From: Eledone cirrhosa
Lineage: Eukaryota
Assembly (NCBI GenBank): GCA_964016885.1
Contig: OZ024740.1
Location: 379,936,001-380,000,000 of the forward strand
DNA length: 64,000 nt
Reading direction: 5' to 3'
Positions 45,077 through 58,914 of this stretch are shown here, in pieces. The first letter of the stretch is position 1; every line of letters begins with the position of its first letter. The notes beneath the pieces were generated by a model, which did not search any database, was not told the origin of the DNA, and saw only the letters and a program-made list of their open reading frames with translations. The position numbers and the translations under genes are program-made.

Positions 45077-45469
45077 GTGATAGTGTGTGTGTATGTTGCT
45101 GTGCGTATTAGATATCTTTTCCCATTCTGCTTCGTCAGCTGGTCATGCGTATTCTTCCCCCGCAAAATTATTTATCTATTTTCTTCCTATTGTTTTCCCT
45201 CTTCTCTTCATCATCATCATCATCATCATTGTCAAGCCCTCTTTCATCGAAATAAGGAGAATTTAAAAGGTTTAGATTAAACATAAATATATAATATATA
45301 TCTTCACTGAGTTGCTGTTTAGTCTATATGCAACCTTGACTGAACAGATCTATAATTACTGGGATAGAACGAGAGAAAGGGGGGAGGAAAGAGAAGGAGC
45401 ACAGAGAGAAGGATAGGTAGATCGATAGGCAAATAGCTAGTAGAGAGTTAGATAGATAGAGAGTTAGAG

Positions 45470-45652
45470 ACGTAGATAGGTAGATAGACAGACAGAGAGG
45501 TAGATAGACAGATAGATAGACAGATAGAGAGGTAGATAGACAGACAGAGAGGTAGATAGACAGATAGAGAGGTAGATAGACAGATAGAGAGGTAGATAGA
45601 CAGATAGAGAGGTAGATAGACAGATAGAGAGGTACATAGACAGATAGAGAGG

Positions 45653-45706
<54 letters not shown>
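45470..45706. repeat. 20-bp GACAGATAGAGAGGTAGATA minisatellite grading into (GATA)n
   Basis: Direct inspection. Confidence 0.9.
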
Positions 45707-45707
<1 letters not shown>

Positions 45708-45976
45708 AATATTATACAAATAATATGAAAGGGAAACCCTCAGAGGGAATGCGAAGTGGGGAAAAAAAAAGGCATGTAAAAAATTATAGATATTCAGACA
45801 TAAATTTATGGGTACGTGAGTGAGTATGTTGTGGGGTGTGTACGTCACTGAATAGGCGTGAAATAGATAGAAGGAAAGAAACATGGGTGGAAAAGAAAAC
45901 CTCAAAAGACTTGGGTGTAACATCTTCGTATTTTTTTTATTTTTTTTGTGTATGTGTGTGTATGTGTTTGTACGTG

Positions 45977-46032
<56 letters not shown>

Positions 46033-46092
46033 TGAGTGTGTTCTGTTATTTCTGGCAATATTATCACAACAATATGACCCTCTCCAAGTATA

Positions 46093-46149
<57 letters not shown>

Positions 46150-46652
46150 GTATATATATATATATATAAATCATATTTGTAATACTGGTGACAACTGTAA
46201 TAATATAAGGCTACGTTTTCGAAAAATCAAATGAATCGAAATAAATCCGCTACACCTTTTTCTTTCTTTGCTTCTTTCTTTTTATATTCTCAGGTATTTA
46301 GAGAAAAATATGGAAGTTGATAGAGTGACGGGAGAGTGGAGAAGAATGAGAGAGAAAGTGAGCGGGAGGAAGCGAGAAAGAGAGAGAAAGAAAGTGAAAG
46401 TGAGGGGGAGAGAAAGATAGAGAGAGACTGTATGAGAACTCAATTCCATTAAAATGGCAACGCAGTTTCTGGTGCTTGCCAAAGACTCGGCCCCAACATA
46501 GCAAATGCAACAACCGATACAGCTAACACATAGCAACTGAATAATCTCTCCGCCTCTATTTCCTACACTTCCAACCATGTAATGATAATCATATAAGAAA
46601 ATATCATGATATTACAGTTAAAATTCATTCTCATATATTCATTGTTATTATT

Positions 46653-46742
46653 AAACTTTGCCTTTCATCCTTACAGGGTCGATAAAATAAAGTAACCAGT
46701 AATACACTGGGGTAATTGCTGGCCTTGTACCAAAAGTAAAAA

Positions 46743-46776
<34 letters not shown>

Positions 46777-46777
46777 G
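46653..46777 (+). mobile_element. 5'-truncated Deu/Nin-like SINE with (ATT)n tail
   Basis: AACTTTGCCTTTCATCCTTACAGGGTCGATAAAATAAAGT...GGCCTTGTACCAAAAGTAAAAAC(ATT)n. Confidence 0.85.
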
Positions 46778-48003
46778 ATCAACTTAGGACATTGACTCAT
46801 ACAACTACCTCCAACGCATGCACAAACATGAACATACATACATACATACATACATACATACATACATACATACATACATACATACATACATACATACATA
46901 CGAATATAAATACATAGATACGTATATACATTTATATATACACAGGTACCTATATACGTACAATCCACTGCGTGTGTGCGCGAGAGAGAGAGGAATGAAC
47001 GCGACCGTGACTAATATATATATATATATATATATAATTATGCGTAGGTGTATATACACACAGAAATATGCATGCGTGTGTGTGTGTATGTGTGCGTGGG
47101 TGTGCACAAAACGAAAAAAGCACACACGCACACAGAGGACATGAACAGAAGCAAAAGAAATAAAACAGCAAGCATTCCTCGCCGGGGCCCATGGATGGAT
47201 CATTGCAATTTCAAACATGGAGCACTGTGTATACAGCTGAGTAGGGACGGGGGGGGGGGGGTACATACACATAGAATGCATACACATATATAGCTGAGAA
47301 GGTATGCCAGAGACCCCAAAGTCCAGATAGAGTTGTAGAGGTGGCGTCGCGCCTTGGACATTTTAAACCTGGCAGAGCCCATTGCTCTGAATATCGGAAC
47401 ACAACCCGAATTCTTCCAGGGATAGAGTGATAGAGAGAGGAGGAGAGAGAGAGACAGAGACAGAGAGAGAGAGAGAGAGAGAGTACTGAGACAATAATAT
47501 AGGGGAGCACCACCCCCAGTATTGAATTGGTAGTTCGAATGAATACAATGCACATACAATTTCAAGTGAGCGTATATATGTTTGTGTGTGTATGCATGTG
47601 TATATGTGTGTGTGTGTGTGCGTGTGCGTGTGCGTGTGCGTGTGTGTGTGTGTGCGCGTGTCTAAAGATATCTAAGAATAATATGAGGATTAGAGGCAGC
47701 TGACAGATATGGCAACACAACATCAACATGATGGAATACAGCTGACAGGACAATACAATCAGTTGACAATCAATATATAGTCACATCCTAAATATATATA
47801 TAAATGTATATAAAAGTATATATATATATATATATATAAATATATATATGTATATATATATATACATATATATATATATACATACATACACATACATACA
47901 TACATATACATATACACACACAGATATATATATGCATATATATATATATATATATATATACATACATATATGCATACATATTTATATATATACATATATA
48001 TAC

Positions 48004-48036
<33 letters not shown>

Positions 48037-48271
48037 CATATATGTATATATATATGTATATATATGTATATATATGTATATATATAAATATGTATGCATA
48101 TATGTATGTATATATATATATATGCATATATATATGTGTGTGTATATGTATATATATGTATGTGTATATATATGTGTGTGTGTATGTATGTATGTATGTA
48201 TGTATGTATGTATGTATGTATGTATGTATGTATGTATGTATGTATGTATGTATGTATATATATATACGAAC

Positions 48272-48312
<41 letters not shown>

Positions 48313-48563
48313 AACGTATATATATATATATATATATAGCATACGTGTGTTTATGTATACAGGTATATATGCAAACGCACATATAAACAAGATTCGCTCT
48401 CTGTCATGTATGTATGTGTAGGTGTCTGAGAATGCAATGCGATCACGATCATTCGTGTCTAAATACCTGCAATTGTTGAGCGTGTGCGCGTCTTGTAATA
48501 GTAGACGATCGCAAATGTGTGTACATGTGCGCGTAAAAACACTTCACACCTTTCTTACGTTTT

Positions 48564-48990
48564 TAACTTACCTTGTGTTGTAGTGCAGTGCGGTTTTAGG
48601 AAAGCTTTTATAAGTATGTTTCCAGATTCGTCGATTATATATATATATATATATATTTGTATATATATAAATATATATATATATTAAATTTTCTGATTTA
48701 AAGTTATATGATTGTTTGGTAACTGTTGTTAGTTTTGGTGTGATTAGTGTCTCGTTGGTGGTTGGTAAGTGCAATACACACACACAATACTGTCGCCCCT
48801 TTTTTCGGTAAAAAAGTACAAAGTATTTACAGCATTGACCGACTTGTGTGCACTATTCCGTCCGACACTACATACAGCAACTGCTTTCAAGAAAAAAAGC
48901 CACGAGCGAATGGAGAGCTGTGAATATATAGTCTTCGGAGCTCATTAATATTCATAAGTGTAGGAATACAAATAGTAGTAAAGCGTCTTC
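48564..48990 (-). promoter_or_regulatory. Candidate Tob first (non-coding) exon and promoter; donor after 48572
   Basis: Consensus donor CAAG|GTAAGTT on the Tob strand within CpG-retaining unique sequence; TATATA at 48925-48930; no transcript evidence available. Confidence 0.4.
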
Positions 48991-49536
48991 GCAGGAAAGA
49001 AGAAAGAAAGAAAGAATGAATGAAAGAAAAGGAAAAAAGCTAAAAGGGAAGAAGACAGATAACTAAGCTATTTGAATAAAACAATATGAATCAACCAACA
49101 CAACAAAATAAGAGAAAGGAGGAAACCAACCAATAGTGACCACCACTACAGTAACAACAATAATAACGATGATTATTGTGATTTCCTTAGTAATAACAGA
49201 CCATTTATTCTACGTGGAATAAAACTGTATAGCAGATTGAATCAACTGACACGTTAATTACTGGTACTTATTGACGTTCCTTACATGACTCTCTCTCTCT
49301 TCATTCTTCTCCCCCTCTTCTCTTTTCCTCCCCCTCTTTCTCCCTTCACCCCTCTTTCCCTCTTCCCCCGCTCCCCCATCTCCCCCCTCTCTCTGAAGGA
49401 ATTAATACATTCTATGCGGCCCTCATGTACTGCGACCCGTCTTGGCTTCACAGACAAGATAACCCGGATTAGTGTTGGGTAATTCGCACCCACTCACTAT
49501 GTTATATATATATATATATGTATGCATGTGTATGCG

Positions 49537-49579
<43 letters not shown>

Positions 49580-49932
49580 TACACACGTACACATATATTT
49601 ATATAAATATAGACACACACACATGTATACACCTGTATAATTTTCCAAATTAAGTTAAGTTTGTTTTTTTAACGACAATTATAATCCTGTCTTCACAGAA
49701 TTGTGGACTCGTAGAATGGTGCCTCAAAAGATGGCGGGGGGGGGGGGGGGGGGAGAAGGTCCTGTTAAGTTTTTATTTATTTTTACTTATCAACCTATTC
49801 AGACAGGTGAGATGGCAAAGTAGTCTAAATTACAATGTAAGTACAGTGTACATATGTTTACATGTTAAGACGTGCACACACACACACGCGTACGGGCGCA
49901 CCCACCACTCACTCACATACACACATACGCAA

Positions 49933-49986
<54 letters not shown>

Positions 49987-50121
49987 CGAAGGAATTGTGG
50001 TAAGGAACCAGATGGACCATAACGCACCAGAGTACTCCAGAAATAGCCGTCGAAACGGCTTGAGCTCTGCCGTCGGGTCATACTTTTTCATATATATATA
50101 TATATATTGTTATATATATAC

Positions 50122-50214
<93 letters not shown>

Positions 50215-50255
50215 CATACATACATATATATATATACATTCATACATACATACAC

Positions 50256-50315
<60 letters not shown>

Positions 50316-50797
50316 ATATATACACATATATATATATATATATATATACATATATATATGTACGTACACACACATAAATGTATATATGTATACATATATA
50401 TATGTACACATCTGTGCGATGTATATATGGATGGATGTATGTATGTATGTATGTATGTATGTATGTATGTATGTATGTATGTATGTATGTATGTATGTAC
50501 GTATGTATATATGTATATAGAGTGTCCATCTGTTTGAATAATCGTGTGTCTTCCGTGTATGTGTATGCCGAATTATCTAGATATGTAAATATGCGTAGCT
50601 TGTTCGTTTTACGTGAATATCTTTGTAGGTATATGAAGGCTTTACAGGCCGTGTAGGGACGTACATGCATATAAACAAATTGATATTAAAGCAAAAACGT
50701 AATGCAATATATTAAGACATTGAAGATTTGAACAAATGTAGATAATTTACAGAACAAACCACATTCAAACATACACATAGACACGTACACATAGACA

Positions 50798-50884
<87 letters not shown>

Positions 50885-51096
50885 ATACTCACAAAATATG
50901 GGCACCCCATCTACAGAATTGTGCGCAACTACCATGTAGGGCATCTCATGACGACCCCGAAATCCTTCTGCTGTTGACACTGAGGTACACAGTCTCTCAA
51001 ACGTTAATAGACTACCAGCGTGGCCGTTAGTAAAAGTCTGTCACCCACGCCCGCGGATATCTCATCATGCCATAACATTTGTGTGACCATATTCCT

Positions 51097-51279
51097 AATA
51101 ATTGTTTCTACTTTTGGCACAAGGCCAGCAAATATCCAGTACATTACTGGTACTTTATTTTATCGACCCCGTAAGGATGAAAGGCAAAGTGAACCTCGGC
51201 GGGATTTGAACTCAGACCGTAAAGGGACGTAACTATGCTGGAAAGAATGGCGTCCGACTCTCTACCGATACTGCCAATC
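51097..51279 (-). mobile_element. Near full-length Deu/Nin-like tRNA SINE
   Basis: Reverse complement of the 22286-22471 copy, with A- and B-boxes and CpGs intact. Confidence 0.85.
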
Positions 51280-53828
51280 ATAATGTACCCTGCATTTCAA
51301 TTAATGGAACATTTGGAGGGATTTACTAGAATTATTATTACGTTATTAAAATTATGTTTGTGACATATACTTAACAAAAGATTCATATATCAACTTATGT
51401 AGAAAGGTTCTAATCTAAATATGAATCCATTTAAAATGGATTGTTTTGTGTCATAGAACCAAACGCGGTTTAGGAGGGGTTGATATCAAAACTGTTTTAA
51501 TCACCATATTAATTAATTTGTTTTCTTCAAGCTTTGAGATTAAATTGAACAGATACTTCTTTTCATTTCAGATCACTATAAAGTTGAAGCACACCGTGGA
51601 AATGAGTTCCTGATGGGTGTGTCTATAAGATTCATTCTATACTTGCCCTTAATTTTTGGTACATATTTTCATTTTTGTTATCACCGATAGTTTGCCAACA
51701 CTCTCTAGTTTTCACTTTCAACACTTGTCATGTGAAAACTTCGGAGTGGAACTGTTGATCGTGGTTCAAGGCCGGCTCTGTGCGGGGAGAGAAGACTATT
51801 CATTTTTTGTACTACAGCTTCGTTGGTTGCAAGTGATTGTGGTACCGAGGACGAAGTGACTTATTCCGCTCTGACTATCTTCGGATTTGCGGCCAGTGAT
51901 GAAGCTCCAGCTACAGCTCTCATCAAGGCATTGCTGACTCTCCTGATGCCGTCTCATGCCAATGCTTCCCGTTTTTCTCATTGCAGAAAACCCTAAAGTA
52001 GCTTTTCTTCTCAAATGTGTAACAGCTGTGATTTCAGACCTGCAATTACAGTCGGACTGCTTCCCTTTCTGCACCCAAAACACGTCACAACTCCAGCATA
52101 GTCTTAATGTCTTCGGGTATCATCAAGACCAGATTGTCCATGGACTCTTTGCTGGGCAAATGTTGTCGTAACTATGACTCTACTCCTGACCCTTGTGTTT
52201 TGTCTCATATATTGTGGTACACGCTGGTGCACATGTGCATGACGTACTAGCTTCTTTTGTTTTTTTATCTACTCCACAGTCTTAAAGATTAGGACCACAC
52301 TTCCAAAATTCTTACTGCAGTCAAGGAGTACACTTGGTACTACACATCTGCCTCGATTTCCTCTTCAGGAATTTATAGATTCTTTCTCCGTTTTTCGAGA
52401 AGCAGAGGTATGTCACTAATTTCCATTTGCCCTTTCTTTAATGATATTGTCGAACAAGGAGACAGAGTTTTGTGACATATCTTCTATGCGTTTTTTTTTT
52501 TGGAGCTATGGCTGCTCAATAATCCTTTCCGGTTCGCAGATGTTGAATTGCGATTAATGTTTTTATTTTCAAAGTTTACGTTTCCACTAATTGTACTTAT
52601 TTAAGTTTTAATATTGGTGTTTCAAACTGTATCTGTGTTAGTGAATATCATTTATTTTTAGAACCATCCCCTACTTCCTCTTCAAATGGTCAATGAAGAG
52701 GTTGATGAGAGCTTGATTTGAGAGAAACAATCTCTGCCTTAAACGTTACAACTGCGTTCACTCCAGAATCTGCCATAACTACCAGGTATACTGGCTATGG
52801 CAAAGAAACCTGCAGGCATTTCCTTGTCAAAGGTGAATAGTCTCAGCTGATAGTCGGTTCTGCCTACACATGATAACAACCTTTCAACATAAACCTACAC
52901 ATTTACAATGCACAGACATTGAGCAACAGTGTGTCGGGCAGTTTTTTCACCATATGTGAATTTTGACAGTTTCATGCGCTAGTATCTCTAACATGGCCAT
53001 GGCTGTGAATGTCGTTCCGAACAGGCACCGCACTACTATAGAGTTGCCCGGCCAATGAGTTTTGTAAAATTGTCAAAATACCTGGAGCAGCAAATTGGTA
53101 GACTCGTTAGAGCATCGGAGAGAATCTTTTGCGGTTTTCGTTCCGGCTCTCTGTATTCTGAGTTCAAATCCCACTGAGGGCAACAATATCTTTCATCCGT
53201 TCGAAGTCGATAAAATGTACCAGTCCAGTACTGTGGTCGATTCTTCTTCTATATCGCTATTTCATTCCCTTTCCCTCATTCTCTGGAAGAAATCGGTGAG
53301 TTCCTGCCTGGAGTAGTGATGAGCTCTGCCAGGCTTAAAATGTTATGACAGTACCGCTACAACTCCATCAGAAGTTATGGGTTCATACATAAATATCATA
53401 ATACCCGTGTTAAATGTATTCCAGAAGTGACTACCCAGACTCTTCACTCATACTCTCCAGTAACACTCGACAGAATGTACAGAATGTAAAGGCTGATGTT
53501 CCACCGACCACGTCGTCCAGCTGGTTGACTGCAGTGAGAGACCAATGTTGGTCTGTGCTTGAGTCAGGACTACAGCTGGGTCAAAGAGACGAGCCGTCGA
53601 AAAGTATACTGCAGTAAAGGCAAACTCACCTGTTCACCGTCGTCGGTGTCTTCACCATCGATCAATAATCTTTGTGGTGGTTTCAGCCTTAACCACCATA
53701 TCTCAATACTTCATTCTGGATCGGTTGTTGACAACAGATGGTCATACTGGCTAACTGAACATATACTTTCTAAAATAACAACAACAACGACAACAACAAT
53801 AATAATAATGATAATTTTTGTTTTACTT

Positions 53829-54285
53829 ATAATAATTGTTTCTACTTTTGGCACAAGGCCAGCAATTACTCAGTACATTACTGGTACTTTATTTTATCGA
53901 CCTAGTAATGATGAAAGGCAAAGTTAACCTCGGCGGGATTTGAACTCAGATCGTAAAGGGAGGTAACTCTATGCGTCAAAGCATGGCGTCCGACCCTCTA
54001 CCGATACTGCCAATCCACCGCCCTTATTTACTTATAATAATGATAATTTTTGTTTTACTTGAAATAATAATTATTATTCCTTATTTAATGAATAATAATT
54101 GTTTCTACGGTTGGCACAAGGCCAGCAAATACCCAGTGTATTACTGGTACTTTATTTTATCGACCCCGTAAGGATGAAAGGCAAAGCTAACCTCAGCGGG
54201 ATTTGAACTCAGAATGGCAAGGGCCGTAACTCTATGCGTCAAAGCATGGCGTCTGACCCTCTACCGATACTGCCAATCCACCACC
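53829..54285 (-). mobile_element. Two tandem full-length Deu/Nin-like SINEs (53829-54023 and 54091-54285)
   Basis: Both run from GGTGGATTGGCAGTATCGG (A-box) through the B-box to the (ATT)n tail; the first is flanked by a 27-bp duplication. Confidence 0.88.
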
Positions 54286-54939
54286 TGGCATAATAATATT
54301 AACGGAACAAAAACACTAAAAAAAACAAAACAAAGTTTCAACAGCGTATACTCATATATTGATTTTTTTTTAAACATCAATAAATATATTTTTTTTAATC
54401 AGATATATGATACAAAAAGCTTAATGGGGAATGCGAAGGTTTGTGAGGTGAATGAAGTGTTGAACACAATATAGTCCGCTATGCGTGTATACATACGTGC
54501 AGCGGTCGTGGCATAGCACTTTTTAATCAATTGTCAGTAAGCGAGTAACATGGAAAGTTAACGCAACAGCTGTTAGGTTGATAGTTGGTTGTAGGATAGA
54601 TTTGACTGAAAGGAAATGTAAATTACGTTACCATTTCAAAAGTTGTGATAATGGGCTGGTAGTCATTTGAAAAGCCAATTTCTCTCCCCCGATCTCATTG
54701 TCTTTTTTTGTTTTTTGTTTTGTTTTACTTTAATCTATTCATTCATGGTATCATACACGTACATACACACTTACCCCTCATCGTGTATATACATAGTTAG
54801 ATATCTAGCCACACACACACACATATATTTATTTATGTGTGTGTTTGTGAGCGCGCGCGTAGTTGTGTGTACGTGGTTGCACACATATATGTATGTAGTA
54901 TGTATGAGTGTAAGTTTATGTATATATGTATATATCATT

Positions 54940-54987
<48 letters not shown>

Positions 54988-55063
54988 TCATACATACGTA
55001 TGCATACGTATTATACACATATCTTCTCTTTTTTTAAATACATATATAATATATATATGTATG

Positions 55064-55105
<42 letters not shown>

Positions 55106-55269
55106 GTATATATATAGCCGACCATGTTATACTTCACTCTTTCACTATATATATATATATATATATATACGCACACATATATACTCTAACTTTTTACCTG
55201 TTTCGCCTGAATGGCTGATGCCATGCTGAAGCCACGCAAAATGCATACACACACACGCACACACACGCC

Positions 55270-55349
<80 letters not shown>

Positions 55350-55529
55350 CACGCACGCATACACACACACACGCACACACACACGCACACACGCACGCAC
55401 ACGCGCACGCACACGCGCATGCACACGCGCGCACACACACACACACACACGCACGCACGCACACACACACACACGCACGCACACACACACACACACACGC
55501 ATACACACACACTCACACACACTCACACA

Positions 55530-55611
<82 letters not shown>

Positions 55612-55769
55612 AAGGAAGGCAGAGAGAGTGAAGAAGAGAGAGAGCGAGAGAGGGGGATTATGTGTGTTTGTATCTTTTTTATCTATCCTTCTGTGTTCTA
55701 TTATTTTTATTTTTTAACAACAGCTGTTAAGATGCACGCCTACCTATATTGTGATAAATGCTTTTGATC

Positions 55770-55869
55770 ATGTTATATGTGTGCCTGTGTGTGTGTGTGC
55801 GTATATGTGTGTGTATGCGTGTGTGTTTATGTGTGTGTGTATATATGTCTGCATGTTGCTGTGTATGTA

Positions 55870-55904
<35 letters not shown>

Positions 55905-56260
55905 GTGTGTGTCTGTATGCACGTATGTGTGTGTGTATGTGTGGGTGTGTGTATATGTGTGTGTATGCGTGTGTGTTTATGTTTGTGTGTGTATATATGT
56001 GTCTGCATGTTTCCGTGTATGTATGTATGTGTGTGTATGTGTGTGTCTGTATGCACGTATGTGTGGGTGCGTATATGTGTGTTTATGCGTGTGTGTTTAT
56101 ATGTGTGTGTATATATGTGTCTGCATGTTTCCGTGTATGTATGTGTGTGTGTGTGTGTGCATGTGTGTGTCTGTATGCACGTATATGTGTGCGTGTATGT
56201 GTGTGTGTGTGTGTGTGTATGTGTGTGCATGTGTGTGTGTACCTCTGTGTGTGTATGTGT
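55770..56260. repeat. Higher-order (~110-140 bp) repeat built from (GT)n/(GTAT)n
   Basis: TATGCGTGTGTGTTTAT...GTCTGCATGTT...GTCTGTATGCACGTAT block recurs three times. Confidence 0.75.
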
Positions 56261-56519
56261 TTGTGTGATGTATATGCGTGTATGTGCGTTTGTGTGTGAG
56301 CATTCGCGTGGGACTTCCTGTATAAAATGAGTGGGTGTCAATGTGTGTATGTAAGGGTTGTATCTATGTTTACTAACGTCACCATGTGTTACAATGTGTT
56401 ACTGTATGCATGTATGCATATATGTATGTATGGATGTATGTATGTCTGTATGTCTGTATCTATGTACGTATGTATGTATTATGTATGCATGTATATTTGC
56501 ATGCATGTATGTATATAGA

Positions 56520-56840
56520 CCTTTACCGCCCGGTTAAACCACTAGGAGTGAAGGACCCCTAGCCTTTGTCAGGGCATTCTTCTAGGAGAAGGCAACTCAG
56601 GAAACTGGGATAACTCCGATATAAAACCTACGGCTCAATAGTTACCGATGATGTTGATCTTTTCTTCTTTTCGGGTTATAGCTACTGTCGCTCAGAGAGA
56701 GGGATTGGCTCAGTGTACGGTCTTTCCTCACTTTAAAAAATATCTATGCACAGGCATTGCACCATAAAATTAATTAATAATTATTAATAATGGTATATCG
56801 TGCAATGGCCATACTCGATAACGAGGGGGAAGCCTCATGT
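56520..56840 (+). mobile_element. Bipartite RTE-derived non-autonomous element, diverged relative, with (TATG)n tail
   Basis: Shares TAGCCTTTGTCA.GGCA..TTCTAGGAGAAGG, GCACAGGCATTGC and the 3' TGGCC.TACTCGA.AACGAG motif with 57110-57716. Confidence 0.65.
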
Positions 56841-56959
56841 ATGTATGCATGTATGTATGTATATATGTATGTATGAATGCCTGTATGTATGTAGGCATGT
56901 GTGTGTGTGTGTGTGTGTATGTATTATGTATGTTTGTATGTATGTATGCCTGTATGTAT

Positions 56960-57716
56960 CACCGGGAGAGATGACCTCTTAGCCTTTGTCAAGGCAGAAT
57001 TTTAGGAGAAGGAAAACTCTGATATAACACCTGCAACCGTGATGGTATTCAATGATGTTGATTTGTTCTTCTTCTTGGTAAATATCATCTTGGTTAAGTA
57101 TTTATGTCAGGTCACCAGTTGGTGCTACTGGTAACATGTATCCCAGTATAACCTGTCTCATGGTCGGGTCGTTGGCGACTAAACTGGCAACCCCACCAAG
57201 GTTTCTTGGTGAGGAGGGTGACTTTGGACATCCTGCAGGACTAAAAACAAAACCTGTCAAATGGCAAAGGAGCTCTTAAGAGTCAATGTCCATCCAAAAT
57301 CACCGGGAGAGATGACCCCTTAGCCTTTGTCAAGGCAGAATTCTAGGAGAAGGAAAATTTTGATATAACACCTGCAACTCTGATGGTATCCAATGATGTT
57401 GACTTGTTCTTCTTTTTGGTAAATATCATCTTGGTTAAGAGAGTGGGACTGGCTTTGTGCAGTGCCTTTGCTCACTATAAAAGATTCACGGCACAGGCAT
57501 TGCTTTATATCTGGAGATCTCTCTGCACTTGTCGTCACATGGTACCATGGGCCCAGCACTATGTGTCAGTAATTGTCACAAGTGTAGTGTTTGTACCAGA
57601 GTTTTCAAGTCGCTGGCTGGACTAAAAAGTCACACTCGTTCAGCGCATCGGTAGGGGTTCTTCTACATGGATATAAAGTAGTGGCCGTACTCGAAAACGA
57701 GTTGGCAGCCACCAGG
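56960..57716 (+). mobile_element. Bipartite RTE-derived element (57110-57716) preceded by a partial duplicate (56960-57098, matching 57301-57439)
   Basis: RTE-like 5' UTR motif TAGGAGAAGGAAAACTCTGA; 3' part encodes HKCSVCTRVFKSLAGLKSHTRSAHR* (57577-57654), the C2H2 finger typical of RTE ORF C-termini; (GTAT)n tail. Confidence 0.7.
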
Positions 57717-57961
57717 TATGTACGTATGTATGTATTATGTATGCTTGTATGTATGTGTGTATGCGTGTATGGTTGTATGTATGTATGCCTGTATATATGT
57801 ATGTATTTATGTATATATGTATGTATGCGTGTATGTATCTATACATGTATGTTTGCATGTATGCATGTATGCATGGATGTATGCCTGTATGTATGCCTAT
57901 ATGTATGTATGCATGTATGTATGTATGTTTGTTTGTGTGTGTGTGCGTGTATGAAGGTGTG

Positions 57962-57994
<33 letters not shown>

Positions 57995-58233
57995 TTGTAA
58001 CTATGCACATACGTATATATTTATGCATATATAATTCTTTTAAATTTCAAGTTTATCTTGACCGACCGCCTGCTTGGTTGAAATGATGTCTTTCTGCCGT
58101 TCCTTGCGCAATTATTCTTCCTGTTTTGGTGAGGTCGTACAAGGTTCCAGATGTCGTAGACATTTATAACTTATGAAATAAGGAACTGCTTCTCTCTCCA
58201 AGAAGTCAAGTTCTGTCATATTTGGTGAAGTAA

Positions 58234-58264
<31 letters not shown>

Positions 58265-58476
58265 TGTATGTATGTATGTAGGTATGTATGTATGTAGGTA
58301 TGTATGTAGGTATGCATGTATATATGCATGTATCTGTGTATGTGTATATGTATGTATGTATGTGTATGTATGTATCTATGTATGTATGCTTAAACGTATG
58401 TATGTCTGAATGCATGTATGTATGTATATATGTATGAATGTATGTACGTATGTATGTGTGCATGTATGTATGCATG

Positions 58477-58914
58477 TTCTTCTGGTTTTATAATTTCACA
58501 AATGTTTGCCAATAGAGAGAGAGAGAGTCGGTTTCTAACATAGACACAAGACTCTCTCATTGGAATTTACACATCAACTAGGTAGATATGTATACATGTA
58601 TGCATGCATGTGTAGATATGGATGTTATTGTATGTTTTGAGTTGTATGTGTGCATGTGTATATGCTTAGTATCTGTACATGTTTATATGCAGTTATTAGA
58701 TGCAAAATGTTTGGAATGTTTTACATATTTTTACTGTTCCATTAATGGATTGTACTTGTAATTTCCTAACTAGTTCTGTTCGTTCTGTTCCTGTGAAGCC
58801 TAGCTTCTCAAGATTTGTATTGAGGCAGTTACTAACATACCCCAGTGCCCCAATAATTACAGGCATAAATCTGAAGGTGTAATCAGGGAGGAGTATCTGC
58901 AGATTTCTCATCAT
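58477..58914 (-). mobile_element. 5'-truncated R4/Dong-like RLE non-LTR retrotransposon 3' end in a (TACA)n tract
   Basis: RNLQILLPDYTFRFMPVIIGALGYVSNCLNTNLEKLG...LQVQSINGTVKICKTF matches the P.IIGALG...L..LG...LQ....GT..I tail of R4-clade RLE domains; (TATG/TACA)n on both sides. Confidence 0.75.

Noticed and set aside
51660-53760. GC-balanced stretch with weak transposase-like (GFFAIASIPG) and RTE-like peptide hints
   Set aside because: Too degenerate to assign by eye; needs tBLASTx or Dfam
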